A stretch of DNA of 64,000 bases from Chloroflexota bacterium (GTDB lineage: Bacteria > Chloroflexota > Limnocylindria > Limnocylindrales > CSP1-4), in the NCBI GenBank assembly GCA_021787395.1, contig JAJYLZ010000008.1, positions 11,290 through 75,289 on the forward strand, in the 5' to 3' direction. Below the pieces are notes generated by a model. It was given only the letters and a program-made list of their open reading frames with translations. It did no database searches and was not told the DNA's origin. Positions 48,031 to 57,938 of the stretch are shown piece after piece. The position numbers were made by a program, and so were the translations under genes. Position 1 is the stretch's first letter. Each line of letters begins with the position of its first letter.

Positions 48031-49802
48031 CGGATGTCCTCCCCGACTCGGGCCACCACCTCGGCGGGCGTGTCCCGACGGGGGCTGAACACGTGCGCGG
48101 CGCAGGCGGCGCAGGGCGCGAACGAGTGGACGACGCGGAGCGCCTCGAGCGGGCGCTGGGCGTCTGCGATCGGCGTGCCGACGAGCGCGGTCTCGATGGG
48201 GCCCCGGAGGTTCGACCCGTCGCGCGGCGAGAGGTTCCAGGTCGAGGCGTCGATCACCTGGTAGTCAGCGACGACCGCGTCGCGGATCGTGACCCAGTGG
48301 GCGACCGTGCCCCGCGGCCCCTCGCCCAGCGAGAACCCCTTGGCCTCCGACGGCCAGGAGCCGGGGTCCCAGTAGGTGACGTCGGCGACGGCGACGTCAC
48401 CGGCGCCCAGGTTGGCGCGCAGGTCCCCGAGCCAGAGCGGCAGCTGCTGCACGACCACCTCGGCCTCTGCGGACCGGGCCAGCAGCCGGCCCACGACGCC
48501 GCCCAGCTTGTCAACGGTCAGGTTCAGGGAGTTCACCCGCTGGGCGATCGCGGCCGTCAGGTCGGCCTGCCCGTTGGCCAGGCCGACGAGGACCCGCGCC
48601 AAGGGGCCAACCTCCATGGGCACGCCCCGGTAGCGCGGCGCCTTGACCCACGAATACGCCGTGGCACCCTCGAGGCTCTGGATCGGCAGGGCCAGGCCCG
48701 GCCAGGCTGGCGTGGTCTGCCCGGCGCTACCGCTGAGCAGGGTGTCGTTGCCGCCCGAGTGGAGGTACCAGGAGCTGGTCACGGTCTCGGTGAACTCGGC
48801 GTTCTCCACGCGCTGGGACGCCTCGAGGTTGCCCTGGTCGAGGCGACCCGTCGGGAACAACGGCTCCGGCGTGTCCTTGGCCCCCTGGGGGAACTCCCCG
48901 GCCGACAGGCACCCGCCGGGACCCGCCCCGAGTCCCACATACTCCGGGTAGGCGGCGGCCAGCAGGGCGACGTCGGGCACGAAGGCCCCCAGCACGAAGT
49001 CGCGGGCGCTGACCATCTGGCCGCTCATGAAACCGTAACCGTCGGGGCTCAACGCCTCCGGGGAGTTGGCGTCCGGGACCTGCGGGTGGTCCCGCCCGGA
49101 CGCCCCCGACGGGCCTCCCCACGGTGGCGCCACCGCCATGCCGCCCACGAGGTAGGTCTGCGGATGCGGGTCCTTGCCGCCGAGCAGCGTCTGGATGCGC
49201 ATGAACTCCCGCTGCCAGCCGATCGCCTCGAGCATGTGGGCGACCAGCAGGAGGTCCTGCTCGGGCGACAGGCGGTAGGCCGGGTGCCCCCACCAGCCGT
49301 TGCCCAGGACACCCGGGTGGCCGTCCGCCAGCTCGGCCCTCAGCCGGTCCTGGACCTTGGCGAAGTCGCTGGCCGCCTGTCCCTGGCGCTGCGCCTGTGA
49401 CGCCGCCAGCTTCGCGGTCGCGGCGGGGTCCGCGGTCGTGGCGGCCTGGACGTCCACCCAGTCCTGCAGCTGCGACAGGTAGAAGTCCATGACGTGGTCG
49501 CGGACGAGCATGGTCCCGGCGAGCAGGTTGCGGATGTGCCGGGCGTTGGTCGGGATGGTGATCGCGAGCGCGTTCTCGACGGCCCGGACCGACGCCAGGG
49601 CATGGACGCCCGTGCAGGTGCCGCAGATGCGCTGCGCCAGGAGCCAGGCGTCCCGCGGGTCCCGGCCCCGCAGGCTGAGCTCCAGCCCTCGGAACGTCAT
49701 CCCCGAGGCCCAGGCGTCCGAGACGACGCCGCCGTCCACGGCGAGCTCGACGCGGGCGCTCCCGCCGGCGCGGGTCAACGGGTCAATCGCAAGCCTCGGC
49801 AC
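48027..49802 (-). CDS. hyaB: group 1 [NiFe]-hydrogenase-like large subunit, divergent active-site shell
   Basis: L1 RICGTCTGVH, FRGLE, GKDPH, YSWVKAPR, EGPRG, L2 SFAPCAACAAH plus a 21-aa cleavable tail. Confidence 0.9.
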   Translation of the reverse strand: MPRLAIDPLTRAGGSARVELAVDGGVVSDAWASGMTFRGLELSLRGRDPRDAWLLAQRICGTCTGVHALASVRAVENALAITIPTNARHIRNLLAGTMLVRDHVMDFYLSQLQDWVDVQAATTADPAATAKLAASQAQRQGQAASDFAKVQDRLRAELADGHPGVLGNGWWGHPAYRLSPEQDLLLVAHMLEAIGWQREFMRIQTLLGGKDPHPQTYLVGGMAVAPPWGGPSGASGRDHPQVPDANSPEALSPDGYGFMSGQMVSARDFVLGAFVPDVALLAAAYPEYVGLGAGPGGCLSAGEFPQGAKDTPEPLFPTGRLDQGNLEASQRVENAEFTETVTSSWYLHSGGNDTLLSGSAGQTTPAWPGLALPIQSLEGATAYSWVKAPRYRGVPMEVGPLARVLVGLANGQADLTAAIAQRVNSLNLTVDKLGGVVGRLLARSAEAEVVVQQLPLWLGDLRANLGAGDVAVADVTYWDPGSWPSEAKGFSLGEGPRGTVAHWVTIRDAVVADYQVIDASTWNLSPRDGSNLRGPIETALVGTPIADAQRPLEALRVVHSFAPCAACAAHVFSPRRDTPAEVVARVGEDIR

Positions 49803-49803
49803 G

Positions 49804-51042
49804 TCAGCGCCCCTCCCGCCCGACGGGGGCGTCAGGGCGACCGTCAGCCTCGTCGGCGGCCCCGTGCTCGGCCGGCGCGAGGCCGACTGTCGCAGCGGGC
49901 TCGGACCGCCTCCCCGCATCGCCGACCGCCGGCGGGAGCGGGCCCAGCGGGACGGCGGCGGCTCGCTCGTGGGCAGCGATCATGCGCCGGCGCTTGAACC
50001 GCACCCCCATGCCCACCGCGTGGACGCCCATCACGCCCGCCACCCCGCCCAGGAGCGCGCCGCCGACCATGTCCACGGTCACGTTGGGGAGGAACGGGAC
50101 GGGCGAGGGCAGGCGCTTGTAGGCCGGGCCCATCGCGTTCCAGAAGCTCGGCGTCATGCAGCCCACGCAGCCGTGCCCGGCGCGGACGTTCCAGCTGGTC
50201 TTCTCGCCGTACCTGACGGTCGGGCAGTTGCCCATCGTCTCGGGGCCCTTGCAGCCCAGCTTGTACAGGCACCAGCCCCTCTGGGCGCCCTCATCGCCCC
50301 ACTCGGTGGCGAACTCCCCGAACTCGAAGTGCGGCCGCCGCTCGCACTGGTTGTGGATGAGGTCGCCGTAGGCGGCCAGGGGCCGGCTCGCGAGGTCGGC
50401 TGGGGGCAGCTCGTTGAAGGTGAGGTAGTGGACGATGACCGCCGCCAGGTTCACCGGGTTCACCGGGCAGCCGGGCAGGGCCATGTACCGGGCGCCCGCC
50501 AGGGCCCGCACGCCGCCCGCGCCCGTGGGGTTGGAGCCCGCGGCCGGGGCGCCGCCGTCGCAGGCGCAGGAGCCGACCGCGATGGTGGCCAGCGCCCCGG
50601 CGCACACCTCCCGCACGACATCGGCGGCCGGGCGACCGCCGATCAGGCAGTAGGCGCCCGAGGCGCCGCTCGGGATCGAGCCCTCGACGACCGCGAAGTA
50701 GCCGTTCCGGTAGCGGTCCATGGCGCTCGTGCGCGCCAGCTCGGCGTCACCGCCCGCCACCCCGAGGAACGCGTCGTGGTACTGGATGTCCAGGACGTCG
50801 AGGAACAGCGCGACGGTGTCAGGGTCCGACGACCGCAGGAACGCCTCGGTGTCGCCGCCGCAGGCCTGGCCGCGGATCCAGATGACCGGAAGGCGCTTGC
50901 TGCCCTCGACGGCGGCGGCGATCCGCGGAGCGTAGGACAGGGGCAGGGCGAGGGCCGCCGCCATGGCGGCCGAGAACTGGAGGAAGGATCGCCGGGTCAT
51001 CCCCCGCCGCACCAGCGCGGCGTACAGCCCGTCGTCCTGCAT
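49804..51042 (-). CDS. hyaA: group 1 [NiFe]-hydrogenase-like small subunit (Tat signal, C-terminal TM anchor)
   Basis: TRRSFLQ, ACGGD, GSCAC, PGCP, HNQCERR, CLYKLGCKGP, NC and GHGCVGC. Confidence 0.92.
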   Translation of the reverse strand: MQDDGLYAALVRRGMTRRSFLQFSAAMAAALALPLSYAPRIAAAVEGSKRLPVIWIRGQACGGDTEAFLRSSDPDTVALFLDVLDIQYHDAFLGVAGGDAELARTSAMDRYRNGYFAVVEGSIPSGASGAYCLIGGRPAADVVREVCAGALATIAVGSCACDGGAPAAGSNPTGAGGVRALAGARYMALPGCPVNPVNLAAVIVHYLTFNELPPADLASRPLAAYGDLIHNQCERRPHFEFGEFATEWGDEGAQRGWCLYKLGCKGPETMGNCPTVRYGEKTSWNVRAGHGCVGCMTPSFWNAMGPAYKRLPSPVPFLPNVTVDMVGGALLGGVAGVMGVHAVGMGVRFKRRRMIAAHERAAAVPLGPLPPAVGDAGRRSEPAATVGLAPAEHGAADEADGRPDAPVGREGR

Positions 51043-51301
51043 CTCGGACCCCGCGTACCGTGCGCCAGTGGCCTCGGATGGGACCCGGAGCGGCAGAGGC
51101 GCAAACCATCGGGACGCCGGTGTCCATGGTCGCCCACGGGGAGCCGTCGGCAGAGGCCCGATGGTCGCCGTGCCGCGGTGCCAAGGACACCGGCGGGGCG
51201 GGCCATGGGCACCCCGCCGCGGGCCGGATGGGCCCGGGCGCCCTGCCGTCGGGTACAGGCGGCCGCCGCGAACCGCCGCCGAGAGCCGTGCGGCGCATGA
51301 G

Positions 51302-51330
51302 AAAGGCCCCCCGGATCGCCCGGAGGGCCT
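51302..51330 (-). terminator. intrinsic terminator after tRNA-Lys
   Basis: Minus-strand AGGCCCTCCGG-loop-CCGGGGGGCCTTTC. Confidence 0.7.
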
Positions 51331-51348
51331 CGTTCGTGCGTGGGAGGT

Positions 51349-51423
51349 TGGTGAGCCCGCAGGGATTCGAACCCTGAACCTAGGGATTAAGAGTCCCCCG
51401 CTCTACCGTTGAGCTACGGGCCC
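51349..51423 (-). tRNA. tRNA-Lys (anticodon CTT)
   Basis: Full cloverleaf GGGCCCG/CGGGCTC, D arm GCTC/GAGC, anticodon loop CTCTTAA, GGTTCGAATCC T arm, encoded CCA; 75 nt. Confidence 0.97.
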
Positions 51424-51475
51424 GGACCGGCCGAGAGGATACCGCATGTGGGCGGCCCCGCGCGAAGTACGGCCC

Positions 51476-52972
51476 TCAGCCGGGCTGGTTGTCGATCTGG
51501 GCGCGCTGGAGGCGGCCGCTGAAGTCCACGTAGACGGCTTTCCACTCGGTGAACGTGTCCAGCGCCACGTGGCCCGCCTCGCGGTGGCCGTTGCCGGTGT
51601 CCTTCCAGCCGCCGAACGGGAGGTGCGTCTCCGCGCCCGTGGTGCCGGCGTTGACGTACACGATGCCGGCCTCGAAGTCGCGCATCGCGCGGAAGGCGGC
51701 GTTGACGTCCCGGGTGAACACCGACGCGGAGAGGCCGTAGTGGGTCCCGTTCGCCGCCGCGAGCGCCTCGGCGTAGCCGTCGACCGGGATCACCGACAGC
51801 ACCGGGCCGAAGATCTCCTCCTGGGCGATGCGGGCCATCGGGCCGACGCCGGTGAACACCGTGGGCTGGTAGAAGTGGCCGTGGGCGAGGTCACCGGCTG
51901 TCTCGCGCTCGCCGCCGCAGACGAGCTCGCCCTCGCCGCGGCCGATGGCGACGTAGGACGCCACCTTGGCAACGGCGGGGGCGTTGACGAGCGGCCCCAC
52001 CTCGACCGTCTCGTCGAGGCCGGATCCCAGCCGCAGGCGCTCGGCGCGCTCGGCGAGCCGGCGGACCAGCTCGTCCGCGATCGGCCGGTCGGCGATCACC
52101 CGCGAGCAGGCCGTGCAGCGCTGGCCCGTGGTGCCGAACGCGGACCACAGGATGCCGTCCACGGCGAGGTCGAGGTCGGCGTCGCGCAGCACCACCACCG
52201 CGTTCTTGCCGCCCAGCTCGAGCGACACCCGCTTGAGGCGGCGGCCCGCCCGCTCCGCGATGGCCCGGCCGGTGACGGACGAGCCGGTGAAGCTGATGAC
52301 CGGGACGTCGGGACTGTCCACGATCGCGTCGCCGACCTCGCCGCCCGCGCCGGTCACCAGGTTGACCGTGCCGGCCGGGAAGCCCGCCTCCGCCATCAGC
52401 TCCACGAGGAGCGTCGCGCAGTGGGGCGCGTCCGAGGCGGGCTTGAACACGACGGTGTTCCCGCTGACGAGCGCGGGCATCATCTTCCAGCACGGGATCG
52501 CGATCGGGAAGTTCCAGGGCGTGATGATCCCGGCGACCCCCAGCGGCTGGCGCACGCTCATCGCCCACTTGTCGGGCAGCTCCGACGGGACGGTGTCGCC
52601 GAACAGCCGCCGCCCCTCCCCCGCCATGAGGAACGCGATGTCGATCCCCTCCTGGACGTCGCCGCGGGCCTCCGCCAGCACCTTGCCCATCTCGCGGGTC
52701 ATCGCCCGGGCGAGGCGCTCCTTGTGCTCGGCCATCAGGGCGCCGAAGCGGTACAGGATCTCGCCGCGCTTCGGGGCCGGCGTGGCGCGCCAGGCCGGGA
52801 AGGCCTCGCCCGCGGCCCGCACGGCCATGGCCACGTCTGCGGCGGTGCCCGCCTGGAAGCGGCCAACCACGTCGCGGGTGTCGGCCGGGTTGACGCTTTC
52901 GAACGTCGCCCCCGAGACCGAGTCGACCCAGCGGCCGGCGATGAACAACTGGTGCGTGGCAGGCTCGGGCAT
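51476..52972 (-). CDS. NAD(P)-dependent aldehyde dehydrogenase
   Basis: ITPWNFP, FTGS, ELGGKN, GQRCTA, QEEIFGP and PFGG. Confidence 0.95.
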   Translation of the reverse strand: MPEPATHQLFIAGRWVDSVSGATFESVNPADTRDVVGRFQAGTAADVAMAVRAAGEAFPAWRATPAPKRGEILYRFGALMAEHKERLARAMTREMGKVLAEARGDVQEGIDIAFLMAGEGRRLFGDTVPSELPDKWAMSVRQPLGVAGIITPWNFPIAIPCWKMMPALVSGNTVVFKPASDAPHCATLLVELMAEAGFPAGTVNLVTGAGGEVGDAIVDSPDVPVISFTGSSVTGRAIAERAGRRLKRVSLELGGKNAVVVLRDADLDLAVDGILWSAFGTTGQRCTACSRVIADRPIADELVRRLAERAERLRLGSGLDETVEVGPLVNAPAVAKVASYVAIGRGEGELVCGGERETAGDLAHGHFYQPTVFTGVGPMARIAQEEIFGPVLSVIPVDGYAEALAAANGTHYGLSASVFTRDVNAAFRAMRDFEAGIVYVNAGTTGAETHLPFGGWKDTGNGHREAGHVALDTFTEWKAVYVDFSGRLQRAQIDNQPG

Positions 52973-53078
52973 GGCGGACCTCCGGGATGGCGACGGTGGC
53001 GCGATCGTCGAGTGCGGGGGGCGGCGGCGTCAAACGCAGTGCCTTGCGGGAACCTGCGAGACGCCGGAAGATCGCGTC

Positions 53079-53876
53079 GTGCCCAACCCCGACCGGGAGC
53101 CCGACTCTCCGCTGCTGGAGTTCGATCCCGCCCGCGGGGCGGTTATCGAGCCCAACGCGGCCGTCCGCGGCTTCGTCGTGCCGGAGACGCTGGTCATCTG
53201 CTTCTTCCGGGAGGCGATCGACCGGCTGTGCGAGGCGGAGGGCGCCCGCGAGGTCGGCCGCCTGGCATCGGAGATGGGCGAGGTGCCCGTCCGCGCCGTC
53301 GACTGGAAGGGGACCAGCGTCGGGATCGCGCAGGGCGGGGTCGGCGCGCCGCTGGCCGCCGGCTGGCTCGAGGAGCTCGTTGCGCTGGGCGCTCGGCGAG
53401 TGGTGGTCGCCGGCGGGGCGGGCGCGCTCGTGCCGGGCCTCACGCTGGGCCACGTGGTGGTGCCCACGGCGGCGGTCCGCGACGAGGGCACCAGCCACCA
53501 CTACCTGCCGGCGGCGCGGCTGGTCGAGCCCACGCCTGAGGCCGTGGCGGCCATCACCCGCGTCCTGGAGCGGGACGGCGTCCCATACCGTGCCGGCACG
53601 ACCTGGACGACAGACGCGCCCTATCGCGAGACCCGCGCCAGGGTCCGCCGGCGCGTGGCGGAAGGCTGCCTCACGGTGGAGATGGAGGCGGCCGCGCTGT
53701 TCGCGGTCGCCAAGTTCCGGGGCGTCTCCCTGGGCCAGATGCTGTACGCGGGGGACGACCTCTCCGGCGACGCGTGGGACCCGCGTGGCTGGATGCACCA
53801 CGCCAGCGGACGCGACCTGCTCTTGCGCCTGGCCTGCGAGGCGGCGGTCGCGATGGGCGCGACGGCCTCAGGCTGA
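53079..53876 (+). CDS. nucleoside phosphorylase (PNP/UDP family)
   Basis: GVGAP, RDEGTS, WTTDAPYRET and VEMEAA. Confidence 0.88.
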   Translation: MPNPDREPDSPLLEFDPARGAVIEPNAAVRGFVVPETLVICFFREAIDRLCEAEGAREVGRLASEMGEVPVRAVDWKGTSVGIAQGGVGAPLAAGWLEELVALGARRVVVAGGAGALVPGLTLGHVVVPTAAVRDEGTSHHYLPAARLVEPTPEAVAAITRVLERDGVPYRAGTTWTTDAPYRETRARVRRRVAEGCLTVEMEAAALFAVAKFRGVSLGQMLYAGDDLSGDAWDPRGWMHHASGRDLLLRLACEAAVAMGATASG

Positions 53877-54047
53877 CGGCTGTCCCTTCGTCTCGAGCCG
53901 CTCCAGCAGGGCGCGGACCTCGTGGAGCTCGTCCGCCTCCTGGCGGCCGAGCGTCGAGCGGAGCAGCTGGAGCGCCGTCCGGACCAGCTGGAGCTCCTCG
54001 TCAGTGAGCTCGAGCGTCACCTTGGTGGGAGCGAGGGTCTGGGGCAT
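53868..54047 (-). CDS. small helical hypothetical protein, 59 aa
   Basis: GGAGG RBS; VTLELTDEELQLV..LLERL amphipathic pattern. Confidence 0.65.
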   Translation of the reverse strand: MPQTLAPTKVTLELTDEELQLVRTALQLLRSTLGRQEADELHEVRALLERLETKGQPSA

Positions 54048-54379
54048 TGCGGGCACCTCCCGCGACGGCGGTCGGACCGGGACGGCCGGCGGCGTCCCTG
54101 CCGACGAGCCTGATCGTGATCACGGCCGACCGCCTCCGCAAGAGGCCGATGTCCCGGGCCATCGGCACCGGTTCCCCCTTCTCACCGCCCTCGGCGGTGC
54201 TGGGCACGTCCACTGCGGCCGCACACGCTCGGCGAGGGTGCCGGATACCGCCACCGGTGGTGGGCGGGTCCAATCCAGCGGGCTTGCACCGCCGGCGGCG
54301 GTGCCACCGATGCGGGGGCCGGGCGCGCGGGAGCAGGCGCGCTGCGAGGGGGCAGTCGCCGCTGACCGCCCGATCCGCC

Positions 54380-55615
54380 TCAGACCCGCTCGAAGGCCAT
54401 GGCGACTGACCCGCCGCCCCCCAGGCACAGCGTGGCCAGGCCGTACCGCCCGCCCCGGCGCCGCAGCTCGTGCAGCAGGGTGGCGACGATCCGGGCGCCG
54501 GACGCGCCGATCGGGTGGCCCAGCGCGATCGCGCCGCCGTTGACGTTGACCTTCGCCCAGTCGAATCCGAGCTCGCGGCCGTCGGCAAGGACCTGGGCGG
54601 CGAACGCCTCGTTCACCTCGACGAGGTCGTAGTCCGCGGGGGCCAGGCCGGTGCGCCGCTCCAGGGCCCGGACGCCCTCGATCGGCGCCAGAAACAACCA
54701 CTTCGGCGTGGTCTCGGCCTGCGCGTAGCCCACGATGCGGGCGAGCGGCTGGAGGCCGTACTGCTCCACGGCCCGCTCGGACGCCACGACCGTGGCCGCG
54801 GCCCCGTCGGTGATGCCCGGTGCGTTGCCCGCCGTCACCGTCCCCCTCGTCGCGTCGCCGCGGTCATCGCCCTCGGGCAGCGGGAACACCGCCGGCAGCC
54901 GTGCCAGCAGTTCGGCCGAGGTGTCGCGGCGCGGGCCCTCGTCCACCGTCACCACCGTCTCACGGCCCTTCGCGTCGCGGATCGTCACGGGGGCCATCTC
55001 GTCGTCGAAGCGCCCGGCGTCGATCGCCGCCACCGCCCGCCGGTGGCTCTCGAGCGCGAAGGCGTCCTGGTCCTCCCGCGACACGCCGGCGCGGATGGCC
55101 ACCCGCTCGGCGTGCGTGCCCATGTGGCAGTCGTCCACGGCACACCACAGGCCGTCGAGCACCGCGGCGTCGTCCAGCGCCCCCTGCCCCAGCCGGTAAC
55201 CGAAGCGCGCCTTCCGGAGCAGGAACGGGGCCTGGTTCATCGACTCCATGCCACCGGCGACGAACACCTCGCCGTCACCCGCCTTGACCCCGGCCGCCGC
55301 GTACATGATCGCCTTGAGCCCCGAGCCGCACACGCGGTTGACCGTGGTCGCGGGCACCGTCTCCGCGAGCCCGGCCCGGAGCAGCGCCTGTCGCGCGGGG
55401 GCCTGGCCGGCGCCCGCCTGGAGCACCTGGCCCATGATGACCTCGGCGATCGGGGCGGCCTCCGGGAGGCCGGACCGGTCCACGGCGGCGCGGATGGCGG
55501 TCGCGCCGATGTCCACCGCGGGCACCCCCGAGAGGGCTCCGCCGAACTTGCCGATCGGCGTCCGGGCGGCGGCGACCAGGTAGACCTTTCCGTCGGGTCC
55601 TGCGAGCTCATCCAT
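54380..55615 (-). CDS. acetyl-CoA C-acetyltransferase (thiolase)
   Basis: RTPIGKF, NRVCGSG, NEAFA, HPIGASG and CLGGG. Confidence 0.95.
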   Translation of the reverse strand: MDELAGPDGKVYLVAAARTPIGKFGGALSGVPAVDIGATAIRAAVDRSGLPEAAPIAEVIMGQVLQAGAGQAPARQALLRAGLAETVPATTVNRVCGSGLKAIMYAAAGVKAGDGEVFVAGGMESMNQAPFLLRKARFGYRLGQGALDDAAVLDGLWCAVDDCHMGTHAERVAIRAGVSREDQDAFALESHRRAVAAIDAGRFDDEMAPVTIRDAKGRETVVTVDEGPRRDTSAELLARLPAVFPLPEGDDRGDATRGTVTAGNAPGITDGAAATVVASERAVEQYGLQPLARIVGYAQAETTPKWLFLAPIEGVRALERRTGLAPADYDLVEVNEAFAAQVLADGRELGFDWAKVNVNGGAIALGHPIGASGARIVATLLHELRRRGGRYGLATLCLGGGGSVAMAFERV

Positions 55616-55678
55616 GGCCGGACTGTACACCCCGGCAGGGTGCGCGCCGGACACGCCCGGGCGCGCCGGGCGGGTGCC

Positions 55679-56539
55679 TCAGCGCGGGTAGCTGTGGAAC
55701 CCGCGCCCCGTCTTCTGGCCGAGGTGCCCGGCCGCCACCAGGTCCACCAGCACCGTCGGCGGCTCGAACTGCGGCCCCCCCAGCCCTTCGTGCAGGACCC
55801 GCATGACCCCGAGGCACACGTCGAGGCCGATGAAGTCGGCGAGCTCGAGCGGGCCCATCGGGTGGTTGAGCCCGACCCTCGCCCCGGTGTCGATGTCCTC
55901 GGCGGTGCCGGTCCCCTCCTCGTAGGCGTGCATCGCCTCGGCCAGGAACGGCATCAGGATGCGGTTGACGATGAACCCGGGCCGGTCGGCGCTTACGATG
56001 ACCTGCTTCCCCAGCTCGGCCGCCAGTTCGCGGACGGCGGCCTCGGTGGCGTCATCCGTGGCCGCGCCCCGGATCAGCTCGACCAGCGGCATGACCGGCA
56101 CGGGGCTGAAGAAGTGCATCCCCACGAACCGCGTGCGGCGCGCCTCGGACGTGGCCGCGGCGAGGCGGTCGATCGAGATGGACGAGGTGTTGGACGCGAA
56201 CACGGCGTGCGCGGGGGCCAGGGCGTCGAGCGCCGCCCAGAGCGCGGTCTTGACCGCCTCGTCCTCGAACACCGCCTCGACCACGAGGTCGGCGTCGGCC
56301 GCGGCGCCCGGGTCGTCGACCGGCGTCAGCCGGGCCAGGATGGCGTCGCGGTCGGACGGGCTCAGGCGGCCCTTCGAGACGGCCCGGTCGAGGTTGCCGG
56401 CGATGCGGTCCCGACCGGCCGTCGCACGGGCGAGGTCCGGCTCGTAGAGCGTCACGCGCTTGCCGATGGCCGCGTGCACCTGGGCGATGCCGTGGCCCAT
56501 CAGCCCGGCGCCGGCGACGAAGACGTGGTCGATGCTCAT
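55679..56539 (-). CDS. hbd: 3-hydroxybutyryl-CoA dehydrogenase
   Basis: GAGLMGHGIA, SNTSS, GMHFFSP, GFIVNR and HPMGP. Confidence 0.92.
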   Translation of the reverse strand: MSIDHVFVAGAGLMGHGIAQVHAAIGKRVTLYEPDLARATAGRDRIAGNLDRAVSKGRLSPSDRDAILARLTPVDDPGAAADADLVVEAVFEDEAVKTALWAALDALAPAHAVFASNTSSISIDRLAAATSEARRTRFVGMHFFSPVPVMPLVELIRGAATDDATEAAVRELAAELGKQVIVSADRPGFIVNRILMPFLAEAMHAYEEGTGTAEDIDTGARVGLNHPMGPLELADFIGLDVCLGVMRVLHEGLGGPQFEPPTVLVDLVAAGHLGQKTGRGFHSYPR

Positions 56540-57534
56540 GGGGCCTCCTCCCGGCCAAGCGCGGCCAGCAGCGCGTCGGCGGCCGCGTAGGGATCCGTCT
56601 CGTGGCGGGCGACGCGCTCGAGGGCGGCGTCGGTCGTGGGCGTCAGGGAGGGCGACGCGAGCCGCTCCCACAGGCGCTCGGCGAGCACCGCGCGAACCTG
56701 GGCCGCGGCCCGGGCGCGGCGGGCGGCCGGCGCCGCCTCGGCAGCTCCGTCGGCCCGGTGGCGGTCCAGGGCGGCCAGCAGCTCCGGCACGCCCTCCCCG
56801 GTCAGCGCCGTGACGACGAGCACGTCCGGGCGCCGAGCCGAGGGCCCGTCCGCCCGGCCCGACTCGCCCGGCGGGGTGAGCATCGCCCGCAGCTGTGCCG
56901 CGGTGCGCTGGGCGCCGGGCCGGTCGCCCTTGTTGACGACCACGATGTCGGCCACCTCGAGCAGGCCGGCCTTGATCGCCTGGACCTCGTCGCCCATCTC
57001 GGGCGCCTCGAGCACGACAGTCGTGTCCGCCGCCGCGGCCACCTCCACCTCGCTCTGGCCGGTGCCGACGGTCTCGAGGAGGACGACGTCGAACCCCGCG
57101 GCGTCGAACACCGCAGCTGCGGACGTGGACGTGGCGGCGAGCCCGCCGGCGTGCCCGCGCGAGGCCATCGAGCGGATGAACACGCCGTCGTCCGAGGCGT
57201 AGGACTGCATCCGCACACGGTCGCCGAGGAGGGCGCCGCCCGTGATCGGCGACGACGGGTCCACGGCCACCACGGCGACGGTCCGGCCGGAGGCGCGCAG
57301 CTGCGCGATCAGCGCGGCGACCAGGGTGGACTTGCCGGCGCCCGGCGGTCCGGTCACCCCGACCAGGTGGGCGCCGCCGGCGAGCGGGTACAGCAGCCGC
57401 AGCGCCTGCTCGGCGACCGCGGTGTGGTTCTCCACCGAGGTCAGCAGGCGGGCGAGGGCGCGGCGGTCCCCGGCGCGCGCGGCGTCGGCCAGGGCCGCGG
57501 CGCGTTCGGCGGGCGAGCCGCCCGGCTCGGTCAC
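56536..57534 (-). CDS. meaB: acyl-CoA mutase-associated GTPase
   Basis: [34 protein letters not shown] and NKGD. Confidence 0.93.
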   Translation of the reverse strand: MTEPGGSPAERAAALADAARAGDRRALARLLTSVENHTAVAEQALRLLYPLAGGAHLVGVTGPPGAGKSTLVAALIAQLRASGRTVAVVAVDPSSPITGGALLGDRVRMQSYASDDGVFIRSMASRGHAGGLAATSTSAAAVFDAAGFDVVLLETVGTGQSEVEVAAAADTTVVLEAPEMGDEVQAIKAGLLEVADIVVVNKGDRPGAQRTAAQLRAMLTPPGESGRADGPSARRPDVLVVTALTGEGVPELLAALDRHRADGAAEAAPAARRARAAAQVRAVLAERLWERLASPSLTPTTDAALERVARHETDPYAAADALLAALGREEAP

Positions 57535-57938
57535 GCCTCGCGCGGCGTGGCGTTGGCGCGGATGAAGTCGGCGACCTCGCGGATGGTCGTGCCCGGGCCG
57601 AACACACCCGAGACGCCGGCCGCCCGGAGCGGCTCGACGTCGTCGTCGGGGATGATCCCGCCAACGGCCACCAGCACGTCGCCCAGGCCCTTCGCGCGCA
57701 GCTGGTCGCAGACGCGCGGCACGAGCGTCATGTGGGCGCCCGAGAGGATGGACAGGCCCACCACGTCCACGTCCTCCTGGAGGGCGGCCGTGACGATCAT
57801 CTCGGGGGTCTGGCGGAGGCCCGTGTAGACGACCTCGAACCCCTCGTCGCGGAGACCGCGCGCCAGGACCTTGGCGCCCCGGTCGTGGCCGTCGAGCCCG
57901 GGCTTCGCGATCAGCACCTTGAGCGGTCGGTCGGTCAT
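57531..57938 (-). CDS. stand-alone cobalamin-binding subunit of an acyl-CoA mutase
   Basis: [10 protein letters not shown] (DxHxxG), SILSGAH and GGIIP. Confidence 0.93.
   Translation of the reverse strand: MTDRPLKVLIAKPGLDGHDRGAKVLARGLRDEGFEVVYTGLRQTPEMIVTAALQEDVDVVGLSILSGAHMTLVPRVCDQLRAKGLGDVLVAVGGIIPDDDVEPLRAAGVSGVFGPGTTIREVADFIRANATPREA

Noticed and set aside
48070-48125. Selenocysteine ([NiFeSe]) hydrogenase
   Set aside because: Both L2 positions are TGC codons; no in-frame TGA
42300-51423. Integrative element bounded by a duplicated tRNA-Lys 3' end
   Set aside because: No integrase and no convincing attR copy of TGCGGGCTCACCA found by eye; only a 7-nt partial match near 43120
52905-52935. 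DSVSGAT flavinylation-like motif as an ApbE target in the aldehyde dehydrogenase
   Set aside because: Cytoplasmic enzyme with no signal peptide; the segment corresponds to the ordinary ALDH N-terminal strand
54150-54185. Cobalamin riboswitch-like GGGAACCGGTG on the minus strand near B12-related genes
   Set aside because: No following AAxUCC hairpin or B12-box elements; better explained as an RBS plus start codon
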